31,705 nucleotides of DNA from positions 1 through 31,705 of the forward strand of contig JBPCVB010000751.1 in assembly GCA_051010855.1 (NCBI GenBank). Reading direction: 5' to 3'. Each line of letters starts with the position of its first letter. The first letter of the stretch is position 1. Below the pieces are notes generated by a model, which ran no database searches, was not told where the DNA came from, and worked only from the letters and a program-made list of their open reading frames with translations. Below, one piece after another: positions 1 through 8,448 of the stretch. Source of the DNA: Pirellulaceae bacterium (GTDB lineage Bacteria; Planctomycetota; Planctomycetia; Pirellulales; Pirellulaceae). The position numbers and the translations under genes were made by a program.

Positions 1-1
1 G

Positions 2-379
2 CTCCGAATTCAAAACGATGCTTCCAGGTTGCTCAATTTCGATCTCGGATATCAACGCTCCTACCTGGTCAAATGTTGAGATCCGGTTTCGCAACGGCTC
101 GGAAATAAAGAGTCGGTCGTTTTCTGCATCAATCACGACCTGGTTCTGCGTGGAAATTGACTGCACAAGCCCCAGATTGTTGATCGAGTTCAAGACATCG
201 CCTTGACCATTCAGCATGACAGCCTCGTCGCGAAAGGCCTCTTCGCCTTCGAAGGTGGCGGCCGTGTCACGCAAGACCACCACGGACGTTTTCAGGGTGT
301 CCTGCCCAAGGAGCGGATATCCAAATAGAAAGCCGGCAAGGACCCAAAGCGTGATACCGGCAACCAGCATTCGAGACAT
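2..379 (-). CDS. Secreted protein, possibly NHL/YncE-like beta-propeller; partial, runs off the left edge
   Basis: Not in the ORF track because it has no stop in the window. Manual translation from ATG at 379: MSRMLVAGITLWVLAGFLFGYPLLG-QDTLKTSVVVLRD...NQVVIDAENDRLFISEPLRNRISTFDQVGALISEIEIEQPGSIVLNSE, open for 126 codons. Signal-peptide-like N-terminus; IDAENDRLFISE..RNRISTFD resembles a propeller blade. Confidence 0.7.
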   Translation of the reverse strand, partial: MSRMLVAGITLWVLAGFLFGYPLLGQDTLKTSVVVLRDTAATFEGEEAFRDEAVMLNGQGDVLNSINNLGLVQSISTQNQVVIDAENDRLFISEPLRNRISTFDQVGALISEIEIEQPGSIVLNSE

Positions 380-485
380 ATCGGACCGCCATCGTTGGTT
401 AAGTGAAAAAAGGCCTGTCGACAATTCAGCATAGTAAAGCAGGTGTCTGATGCGAAATGGGGGCAATCCGGCAATCAAGTGCGTT

Positions 486-2303
486 TTATTGAGGGGGCTG
501 CACCAGTACCACTTCGGCCTGACCTTTTTCCAGATCAAGAAACCCCAGGATTGCGCCGTCAGTGCGACTGACGACCGACGCGCCGTCCAGCGCTGCATTG
601 AACGACATCGATGGCGAGACCAGCCAGCTGTCCGCGCGAGTTTCCACGATCTTCGTTGACGATAGTGGCAGAACCGTGGACTGGGGATCAGAAATGATCA
701 GGCAATCTTCTGCCTCCCCAGGAGACCGCAATTTGCTGACCGGCCAGGGTGTTTGCTCGGGCAATTGATCGGACAACTGACAAGTGGCCAGGCGGTCAGC
801 GGCCTGCAACTGGCTGGCATCAAAAGCAAATTCCACACCTGACATTTCGAAAACGGCAGTGCCCTCGATCGCCTCGGCCGGCGGTTCCAAATAACGCGAG
901 AGCCCCAGCAGTCTATTGTTGTCCAGCAGGATTAACCAACCTTGTAGTTGTATGTTTCGGGTAAAGCCCAGTCGTTTTTGCTGCCAACGCAGGGTTGATC
1001 GAATGGCCTCCGGGCGATTGCTGCCTTCGGGCAACAACTGATCACCGACGACAATTTGTGGCGACCATTCGCGCCATTCATCCTCGACAACCGGCGCGCA
1101 TTCAAAACGGTCTCCGGTTCGCGCACGGCGTCCCGGCACATCGGGCGTGGCAAATCCGATGCTGCCTACGGCCAGCGCCTGAAGTGAATCAGTTTTCAGC
1201 GAAAAGCCACCGACGCCAAAATCCGCGTCGATACCGATGTTGCTCCAGAATCGCGAATTGACGCGCACCAGCGCCTTGTAATCCGGCTGGATGTAAACAC
1301 GGGCTTCGACTGTCGCTGCATCGGATGCCAGACTGACCGAGACGACGTGCCCGACATTGACGCCGCGATAGTTGACCGGCACGCCAGGTTTCAACGCACC
1401 CTGACGCTGGCTGTACAACACGACCTCCAGTCCCTCGGCCAGTCGCGGTGCAGGCGGTGCGTGAACGAGTCCCTGAAACGCGGTAACAACTTGTCCATCG
1501 GCCGGTCCGGGCACGACATCGATGTAGGGTCCTGCGATCAGCGTTTCCAGTCCGCGAATCTCTGATAACCCAATCTCTGGACGTTCAATCCAGAACTGGC
1601 TACCCGCTCGTGCAACCGATTCTGCAAAATCGGCCAGTCGCACATGCACCGTTACGCCGTCCAGTGCGGGATCAAGTCCCACTGCCGTCACTTCTCCGAT
1701 GACAATGCCCAGGTGTTTGACCAGATCTCCTGTCGAAATCCCGAACCCATCCGAAAAATGAATCGTGATGCCAGTGGCGGTGCCATCCCGAATTACTGGC
1801 GGCGATTCCACGCCCTGAAAGTGATAAACCGTCGGGCCATCGGCTGGTCCGGGAATGACACCAATGTATTTTGCTCCGACAACTGTTTCCAAACCCGTGA
1901 TCCGCGACAAACCGAATTGCGGTCGTTCAATCCAGAAACGGCTGCCTTTTCGCGCCAGTTCGGACGCTTCGCTGTTCAGTCCCACATGAACCGTGACACC
2001 TTCCAAACTGGAATTGACAGCTACCTGTCTGACTTCGCCCACATCGATACCGCGGTAACGCAACGTATCGCCAGGCTTGATCCCGAATCCGTCCTCAAAG
2101 GCGATCGTGATGGTGCGGCCACCGCCTGACAAAGCCAGGCCAATCAGCACTGCAGCCACTATCAAACAAAACAGCGTGGCGATCCACATTCGAGTGCCGC
2201 CGAAGATCTTTTTCCATATCGATACGCGCGGCCGCACTTCCGCTACCGGAAATTCGTCCGGGGATTCGCTGCCCATGTCCTGTATGTCGCCGTCGCTAAT
2301 CAT
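486..2303 (-). CDS. PqiB/MlaD-family MCE protein with three MCE domains and an atypical C-terminal domain
   Basis: 605 aa; one N-terminal TM (MWIATLFCLIVAAVLIGLAL); three MCE repeats (GIKPGDTLRYRGIDVGEV, GISTGDLVKHLGIVIGEV, GALKPGVPVNYRGVNVGHV), each followed by S(R/Q)FW; start overlaps the pqiA-like stop by 8 nt. Confidence 0.9.
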   Translation of the reverse strand: MISDGDIQDMGSESPDEFPVAEVRPRVSIWKKIFGGTRMWIATLFCLIVAAVLIGLALSGGGRTITIAFEDGFGIKPGDTLRYRGIDVGEVRQVAVNSSLEGVTVHVGLNSEASELARKGSRFWIERPQFGLSRITGLETVVGAKYIGVIPGPADGPTVYHFQGVESPPVIRDGTATGITIHFSDGFGISTGDLVKHLGIVIGEVTAVGLDPALDGVTVHVRLADFAESVARAGSQFWIERPEIGLSEIRGLETLIAGPYIDVVPGPADGQVVTAFQGLVHAPPAPRLAEGLEVVLYSQRQGALKPGVPVNYRGVNVGHVVSVSLASDAATVEARVYIQPDYKALVRVNSRFWSNIGIDADFGVGGFSLKTDSLQALAVGSIGFATPDVPGRRARTGDRFECAPVVEDEWREWSPQIVVGDQLLPEGSNRPEAIRSTLRWQQKRLGFTRNIQLQGWLILLDNNRLLGLSRYLEPPAEAIEGTAVFEMSGVEFAFDASQLQAADRLATCQLSDQLPEQTPWPVSKLRSPGEAEDCLIISDPQSTVLPLSSTKIVETRADSWLVSPSMSFNAALDGASVVSRTDGAILGFLDLEKGQAEVVLVQPPQ

Positions 2304-2895
2304 CCTCTTCCCAGATTACATGAGGATCGAAACAAATTGAGGCAATCATGCTCATTGCCACGCACAGTACAAACGCCACAACCGCTGGTCCAAAATGAAA
2401 CTCAACGAGATTACCGAGTTTGACCAGCATCACCATAAACGCCAGCAGCATCACGTCCATCATGGACCATTTGCCCGCGTATTCCATCACTTGATAGGTC
2501 AGCGACTTGTGACGCCGATGGATAAGACTCAACCAGCTGAGCTCCAACAACAACACGATCTTGGTAATAGGAAACACGACGGAGAATAGCAGCACGACGA
2601 TGCCCACGAACCAGTCACCATGAGTGATCAGTTCAATCGTGCCGCCCAGGATACTGGACTCATGCCGATGACCAAGCTGGTCGATTCGCAAGATCGGCAA
2701 CAGCACCGCCGGAAAAAACAACACCAGCGCCCCCAGCGCTGCCGCTGCTGTCCGCAATGCAGACTGCCGCGCATCACGTTCAGTACCAATCGTCATCCCG
2801 CACCGAGTGCAAGCAGCGAACTGGTTCGCCGCCATCTCCGGCAAATGATGAATCAGTCCGCAACAATGACAGGCTTTCAAGGAAGGCATAAACAA
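2296..2895 (-). CDS. pqiA: Paraquat-inducible protein A (PqiA) family membrane protein, single domain
   Basis: 199 aa; N-terminal CHCC...CTRCG zinc-ribbon cysteines; SSILGGTIEL, LFSVVFPITK and GKWSMMDVMLLA motifs typical of PqiA; directly upstream of the MCE gene. Confidence 0.9.
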   Translation of the reverse strand: MFMPSLKACHCCGLIHHLPEMAANQFAACTRCGMTIGTERDARQSALRTAAAALGALVLFFPAVLLPILRIDQLGHRHESSILGGTIELITHGDWFVGIVVLLFSVVFPITKIVLLLELSWLSLIHRRHKSLTYQVMEYAGKWSMMDVMLLAFMVMLVKLGNLVEFHFGPAVVAFVLCVAMSMIASICFDPHVIWEEDD

Positions 2896-3149
2896 CAGAG
2901 GGTGTGAGTAGTGACACTCAATGCTGTGCTGATCATAACCTGTTGAGGCACAAATCGGGAAACCGGCCCATGAGAACGAAAAAGCGAACCACTTTTTTTA
3001 GGGTTCTGAACAATTTTTACTTCCAAAATCGGAACGCAAAGTCGTCTAGTTTTCTCGTTGGACATCCGATTTTCCCTCGTGCTTCCTGCGCAATCGAGGT
3101 TGTAATCGATGTCCAGGGCCACGGTTAGGGTTCTGATTTGGGACAAGCC

Positions 3150-5336
3150 ATGTGTTGCAGCCGTTTCGTTGGGTCGATCTGCACATTGGTATTGATTTTG
3201 GGCCTGTCAGGACTACCTGCAGCGGATGCGCAACCAGTGACATGGTTGGGCGGAAACGGAAACTGGAGTGCCGGAGGTAACTGGTCAAGCGGCAGCCCAC
3301 CGAACAGTAACACGATTATGGTCTTGCTGGATGACGGAAATCCGGTGAACAGCATTGCTGCATTGGATATCAATGCGGTCATCGAAAGCATCGTGATTGA
3401 TTCCGGAGACCAACTCAACATCCTTAGCGGCCGCACATTGACCTTGGATGGACCGTCTTCGACTAACAACGGCATTATCGAGTTCAATCCGGTGAATCTC
3501 GCAACACTGAATATTGACGGTGATCTGACACTGGGCGGCAGCGGCCGCATGGTGCTGGGGGCTACCGCCAGCAACGCCAGTTTCGTGCAGGGGCTGACCG
3601 CCACGGACCGGCTGACCAACGGCATGCATCACACGATCGAGGGCCGGGGCAACCTGGGTAACGACATGATGTCGCTGACCAACGAGGGTCTGGTGATTGG
3701 CAACAACTCGGCGGGACCACTGGTGGTTGATCCGGGAAGCGGCGATGTGATTAACAACCACTTCATGCAAGCCGCCGATGGCGGCACATTGCAGCTGAAT
3801 GCCGGTCTGTTCACCAACACCAATGGCACGATCAAGGCCCTGGCGGATTCCATCGTGAACTTCAACGGTGGCACGATCAGTGGCGGCATACTGAGCAGTA
3901 CGGGAACCGGCAAGTTCACCGTGGGCAGTGGTCAAACGGGGACCTTGACCGGGGGCTCGATTACCAACGATGCCACCATCGAGTTCAATCCGGTGAATCT
4001 CGCAACGCTGAATATTGACGGTGATCTGACGCTGAGTGGCAGCGGCCGCATGGTGCTGGGCGTGACCGCCAGCAACGCCAGTTTCGTGCAGGGGCTGACC
4101 GCCACGGACCGGCTGACCAACGGTGCCAACCACACCATCGAGGGCCGGGGCAACCTGGGTAACGACATGATGTCGCTGACCAACGAGGGTCTGGTGATTG
4201 GCAACAACGCGGCTGGAGCACTGGTGGTTGATCCGGGAAGCGGCGATGTAATTAACAATAAATTCATGCAAGCCGCCGATGGGGGCACATTGCAGCTGAA
4301 TGCCGGTCTGTTCACCAACACCAATGGCACGATCAAGGCCCTGGCGGGTTCCATCGTGAACTTCAACGGTGGCACGATCAGCGGCGGCATCCTGAGCAGT
4401 ACGGGAACCGGCAAGTTCACCGTGGGCAGTAACCAAACGGTGACCTTGACTGGCGGCTCGATCACCAACGATGCCACCATCGAATTCAATCCAGTGGGTC
4501 CCGCAACACTGAATATTGACGGTGATCTGACACTGGGCGGCAGCGGCCGCATGGTGCTGGGCGTTTCCGCCAGCAACGCCAGTTTCGTGCAGGGGCTGAC
4601 CGCCACGGACCGGCTGACCAACGGCATCAATCACACCATCGAGGGCCGCGGCAACCTGGGTAACGACATGATGTCACTGACCAACGAGGGTCTGATCATC
4701 GCCAACATCGGCATCTTGGCTATCTCGTTGACCGACAACTATCTGCAAACCGGTGGCATCACCAGACTGGATGGCGGCAACATCTCAACCAGTGTGTTGC
4801 TGGATATCCAGGGCGGAATTCTCGAAGGTGATGGATTCATCAATGGAAACGTACAAATCGGAAATACAGCGACCGTCGCACCGGGACTTTCGGCAGGCCA
4901 GCTGACGATTAACGGATCGATGGAATTGTTTGATGGAAGCTTGATGGATATCGAGTTGGGCGGATTGGTTCAGGGTGCCCAATATGATTTCTTCGACGTT
5001 AACGGGGACGTTGTTCTGGGCGGCGCCTTGCAATTGAGTTTGATCGATGGCTTCGGAGACCTGGTGTTGAATTCCGACAGCTTCACCATTTTGGAATCAA
5101 ACAATTTGGCTGGCGTCTTTGACAATGTTGCGAACGGGGATTTCCTGGTTACCAGTGATGGTTTGTTCAAATTCCAGGTGAATTACGGGGCGGGCAGTGC
5201 CTTTAATGAGAATTACGTGGTGCTGGGTAACGCCACTGCCATTCCAGAACCGTCAGTCTACCTGTTTATGGCGCTCGTAATCGTGCTGCTTCTTGTCCGA
5301 CGACGTCACCCTTGTTATCCATCGTTGCTGGATTGA
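3150..5336 (+). CDS. PEP-CTERM surface protein with Gly/Asn/Thr-rich beta-helix-like repeats
   Basis: Signal peptide (LILGLSGLPAADA-QP); TWLGGNGNWSAGGNWS start motif; C-terminal IPEPS + hydrophobic helix + RRR is the PEP-CTERM signature. ATG at 3150 preferred to the track's TTG at 3138. Confidence 0.9.
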   Translation: MCCSRFVGSICTLVLILGLSGLPAADAQPVTWLGGNGNWSAGGNWSSGSPPNSNTIMVLLDDGNPVNSIAALDINAVIESIVIDSGDQLNILSGRTLTLDGPSSTNNGIIEFNPVNLATLNIDGDLTLGGSGRMVLGATASNASFVQGLTATDRLTNGMHHTIEGRGNLGNDMMSLTNEGLVIGNNSAGPLVVDPGSGDVINNHFMQAADGGTLQLNAGLFTNTNGTIKALADSIVNFNGGTISGGILSSTGTGKFTVGSGQTGTLTGGSITNDATIEFNPVNLATLNIDGDLTLSGSGRMVLGVTASNASFVQGLTATDRLTNGANHTIEGRGNLGNDMMSLTNEGLVIGNNAAGALVVDPGSGDVINNKFMQAADGGTLQLNAGLFTNTNGTIKALAGSIVNFNGGTISGGILSSTGTGKFTVGSNQTVTLTGGSITNDATIEFNPVGPATLNIDGDLTLGGSGRMVLGVSASNASFVQGLTATDRLTNGINHTIEGRGNLGNDMMSLTNEGLIIANIGILAISLTDNYLQTGGITRLDGGNISTSVLLDIQGGILEGDGFINGNVQIGNTATVAPGLSAGQLTINGSMELFDGSLMDIELGGLVQGAQYDFFDVNGDVVLGGALQLSLIDGFGDLVLNSDSFTILESNNLAGVFDNVANGDFLVTSDGLFKFQVNYGAGSAFNENYVVLGNATAIPEPSVYLFMALVIVLLLVRRRHPCYPSLLD
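3477..4694 (+). repeat. Intragenic tandem repeat, 501-nt (167-aa) unit, about 2.4 copies
   Basis: ATCGA(G/A)TTCAATCC starts at 3477, 3978 and 4479, an exact 501-nt period; about 32 mismatches between copies 1 and 2 by manual count (about 94% identity); the third copy ends near 4694. Confidence 0.95.
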
Positions 5337-5398
5337 TTGCTATCACTGGCAAACGTTTCTGTCTCGGACGCGCTGACGGATGATTCTGCATCCACGGG

Positions 5399-5432
5399 CT
5401 CGTGAAAGTTTTCACGTGATTTTTTTCACGAG
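5399..5432. promoter_or_regulatory. Two overlapping CGTGA-N6-TCACG palindromes (CRP/FNR-family-like operator)
   Basis: CTCGTGAAAGTTTTCACGTGATTTTTTTCACGAG: sites at 5401-5416 and 5415-5430, intergenic, about 120 nt upstream of the CBS gene; spacing matches the CRP box TGTGA-N6-TCACA. Confidence 0.55.
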
Positions 5433-5550
5433 CGATGACAAACAAAATCCGTTTCAAACAGCAAAAACTTTATTGGTTCAATGGATGCTCTGTACCTAAA
5501 ATAAAGAATGACGAACCGCTCAACCGATTACCCAACAGCAAGGCACATCG

Positions 5551-6042
5551 ATGTCCACCAATTCCTTCCTTGAACATGCCGTTCACAATCCGCCCGCCCG
5601 CGACCTGATGAAAACGAAGCTGATTACGCTCAAGCCGGAAATGGATGTGTTCAAGGCGGTGGAAATCCTCGTGAAAAACAAAATCTCCGGCGCGCCTGTC
5701 GTTGACGCCGACAATCGGTTGCTGGGAACGTTCTCGGAAAAGTCGGTGATGCGGGTACTGGTCGTGGCGGCCTACGAACAGGTGCCCACCAATCGCATCG
5801 ATGCCTTTATGGAAAGGGAACCCTGCACGATCGACGAAAACACGCAACTGGTGACCATGGCCCAGCTATTTCTGAACAAGCATTGTCGACGGCTGCCGGT
5901 GCTGCGTGACGGCATCCTCGTAGGGCAGGTTAGCCGACGTGACGTGATCGCTGCAGCGCTAAAAATGGCGCAAAAGGACCACAAAAGCCACTTGCTGTAT
6001 CTGTCCGCGCTGCGTGACATGGCCGACGCGCCGAACGTGTGA
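5551..6042 (+). CDS. CBS domain-containing protein (stand-alone CBS pair)
   Basis: 163 aa; ARDLM, ISGAPVVD, LLGTFSEKSVM, RRLPVLRDGILVGQVSRRDV motifs. Confidence 0.92.
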   Translation: MSTNSFLEHAVHNPPARDLMKTKLITLKPEMDVFKAVEILVKNKISGAPVVDADNRLLGTFSEKSVMRVLVVAAYEQVPTNRIDAFMEREPCTIDENTQLVTMAQLFLNKHCRRLPVLRDGILVGQVSRRDVIAAALKMAQKDHKSHLLYLSALRDMADAPNV

Positions 6043-6059
6043 TCCGGCGTGACGAGTCG

Positions 6060-7445
6060 TTAGTGGCAGCCCGTGCAATTACGGGTCTTTAGCAAGGCCG
6101 GATCAAGCTTGCCTGACAACATCATGCGTGAATCGTTCCCGTAATCCGAATGGGGAATCTGGTCGACAACCATCTGATAGTAGCCCTTCGCTTTTTCCAT
6201 GTTGCCGCGACGGTGCCACGCATCTGCCAGGCCGAACAACAGCTCGCCTCTTGCGTGCTCGGAAAGGAACTGAAAATACCCCTGTTCCAATTGCAGCCGG
6301 TAGACCGTTTCGAAGTCATAGGTGCTGAGCGCCAGTAATGAATCACGTTCCGCCGGTGGCATCTCCGGATTCGTCGTCAGTCCCATCAGAATCGAGCCGC
6401 GAACCAGCAGTGGACCGACGCTGTCCGGCTCGAGCGTTGCCGCCATATTAATTTCCTGCATTCCTTTTTGTCGCAACTGATCGGCCTCTTCGTGCTTTTC
6501 CTCTTCTGTTTTCCACTGCGCCGCGATCAGCAATCCCCAACCGTGGAAGGACATGGCACCGGCATGTTGCGGGTTGGTCGCCAATCGTTCTTCACACACG
6601 TTCATGGCTTTTTGATAGCGCTCGCGGTCTCCGGCCATTCCGGCAAAAAAATCATCTCGTACGAGCAAGTCAAATCGCTCCTGATCTGTAGAACTGGAAC
6701 GCGGCAGTTTGCCAGGGGTGGTTGGTTGCGTCTGATCATTTGCCGAGTCGCCTGTTGTCGTTTCGGCGAGCTGACGGTACCGCGTCGCCGCCGCTTCGTC
6801 GCCGATTTCGGCAAAGGCAGCCGGCATTCCGGCAATCAGTTTGTGTTGTCGGGACTCGGATAATGATTTCCACAACGCCGGCGCACGGCTGTAAACGAAA
6901 TCGAGGTCACGCGCTGCATGGCCAGCCAGTCGTTTGCGGTTTTGCGGATCGTGTACCCAGACACCTATAAGTGCCTCGCCGCGATACAGTCTCACGCGAG
7001 GCGACTCGGGCGCAGCTGCCACGGCTCGGTCAAGCATCTCCAGACCGCTGGCCCACAATGGCATTCCTTCCTGAAAATTTCCGGCTTCAAACTTCTTCCC
7101 ACTCTGAAAAACAATTGCTACTCCCTTGATAACCATCGCCAGTGCGTGGTCGGGGCCGGCAGCCAATTCGGCTTCGCACTGTTCGATGATTCGCACCAGG
7201 GCCGCATCATCGCCGGCGATGCCGGCCTGAAGATCCGCCTGAACGCGGGCGTCGAACGCCTGCCAGGCATCGGAATCCGTGGCTTGTTGGTTTTCTTCCG
7301 CTTGTTGCGTCGTTGCCTCCTCCTGGATGACGTGTGGTAGTGCAACCGCCAGCCCGGCAACAACCGAGAGAACGCCCGTCAGGGCGACCAGTCGAAAGGG
7401 CGACAGGGCTCGCCACGAATGCATTGAATTAAGGTTCGTACGCAT
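6060..7445 (-). CDS. Exported TPR-like helical protein with duplicated domain and C-terminal CXXCH
   Basis: 461 aa; hydrophobic N-terminus; two homologous helical halves (FDARVQADLQAGIAGD..CEAELAAGPDHALAM vs FDLLVRDDFFAGMAGD..CEERLATNPQHAGAM); TPR-like LFGLADAWHRRGNMEKAKGYYQ; ends ...RNCTGCH-stop. Confidence 0.8.
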   Translation of the reverse strand: MRTNLNSMHSWRALSPFRLVALTGVLSVVAGLAVALPHVIQEEATTQQAEENQQATDSDAWQAFDARVQADLQAGIAGDDAALVRIIEQCEAELAAGPDHALAMVIKGVAIVFQSGKKFEAGNFQEGMPLWASGLEMLDRAVAAAPESPRVRLYRGEALIGVWVHDPQNRKRLAGHAARDLDFVYSRAPALWKSLSESRQHKLIAGMPAAFAEIGDEAAATRYRQLAETTTGDSANDQTQPTTPGKLPRSSSTDQERFDLLVRDDFFAGMAGDRERYQKAMNVCEERLATNPQHAGAMSFHGWGLLIAAQWKTEEEKHEEADQLRQKGMQEINMAATLEPDSVGPLLVRGSILMGLTTNPEMPPAERDSLLALSTYDFETVYRLQLEQGYFQFLSEHARGELLFGLADAWHRRGNMEKAKGYYQMVVDQIPHSDYGNDSRMMLSGKLDPALLKTRNCTGCH

Positions 7446-7447
7446 GG

Positions 7448-8371
7448 TTATTCCTTTATGTCAGGAGATCGATAATGTTGCAGCGATTCCACCGGTACGC
7501 ACAAGTCGAAGGTGGTGTCGTGACCCTGGATCGCGTTTAGACGCACAATCGGCGGATAGTTGCGCGGCTGGAATCCGCCAAACGGCATCCAGCGGGCATA
7601 CAAATCGCGGTAACAATTACCGATCGTCTGAATCGGTCCGCGATGTTCCATCACAGCGTAGGTGCCTCCGGCAAGAAACTGCATTCCGACACCCGACTCC
7701 GGCTCAAAGGATTCGGTCACTTCCACACAAGCGTCATAACGAAGTTTGTCGTGAGGAGTGATTTCCGGTTCGTCGTAGGCAATGGCCCATTTGGGGTCGA
7801 GAGGCAGCCCGCGTTGGCCCAGCCACTCGAGCAATTCCTGCCAGATCCTTCCGGCCTGCCAGTACGGTCCCACGTGGCGGATAAACGCGACTGGCGTGCG
7901 GGGCAGGGTCGTGATGGTCACCCGCGCGGACAAATCAACATCATCTGCCGACGCGTCAGTTAGCGGGCGGCCAGTGGATTTATCCGGTTCGGACTTTCGT
8001 AACATGAGTTGCTTTTTGAAGGTTGAACGATATTGCGTCGGTGCCACGCCGAATTGTTGCCGGAAAGCCCGGGCAAACGACTCAGCCGTTTCGTAACCGA
8101 CGCGAATAGCAATCCCTGCGATGGCAAGTTCGGTACAGCTCAACAATGCTGCACTGCGTTCCAGCCGCAATCGTTTCACGTAACCCATCAGCGGTTCCCC
8201 CGTGAGTCCGGCGAAAATCCGGTGGAAGTGGTACTCGGAGAAACAGGCAACGCGCGACAGGTTTTCCACTGTCAAATGCTCGCCAAGATGCTGCTCGATG
8301 TAGCGTTGTACGTCGAGTACTCGCTGGCGGTAGATGCGAATACTTTCTGCGACTTGCTGTTGACGGTTCAT
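7448..8371 (-). CDS. AraC-family transcriptional regulator with C-terminal GyrI-like binding domain
   Basis: 307 aa; N-terminal AraC HTH (LSRVACFSEYHFHRIF; IAIRVGYETAESFARAFRQQFGVAPTQYR); GyrI-like IAYDEPEITPHDKLRYDAC and GGTYAVMEHRGP. Confidence 0.93.
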   Translation of the reverse strand: MNRQQQVAESIRIYRQRVLDVQRYIEQHLGEHLTVENLSRVACFSEYHFHRIFAGLTGEPLMGYVKRLRLERSAALLSCTELAIAGIAIRVGYETAESFARAFRQQFGVAPTQYRSTFKKQLMLRKSEPDKSTGRPLTDASADDVDLSARVTITTLPRTPVAFIRHVGPYWQAGRIWQELLEWLGQRGLPLDPKWAIAYDEPEITPHDKLRYDACVEVTESFEPESGVGMQFLAGGTYAVMEHRGPIQTIGNCYRDLYARWMPFGGFQPRNYPPIVRLNAIQGHDTTFDLCVPVESLQHYRSPDIKE

Positions 8372-8448
8372 ACAAGATGATACCCGTCAAACGGCCTGTG
8401 GTTTCTGACCGATCTTGCGGACTTTCTACAACCGCCCCACGCGCTGGA

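Noticed and set aside
3285-4634. Long minus-strand ORFs (449 aa, 232 aa, 166 aa) over the PEP-CTERM gene
   Set aside because: Antisense shadows of a repetitive, codon-biased gene; they carry the same 167-aa period and no family motifs.
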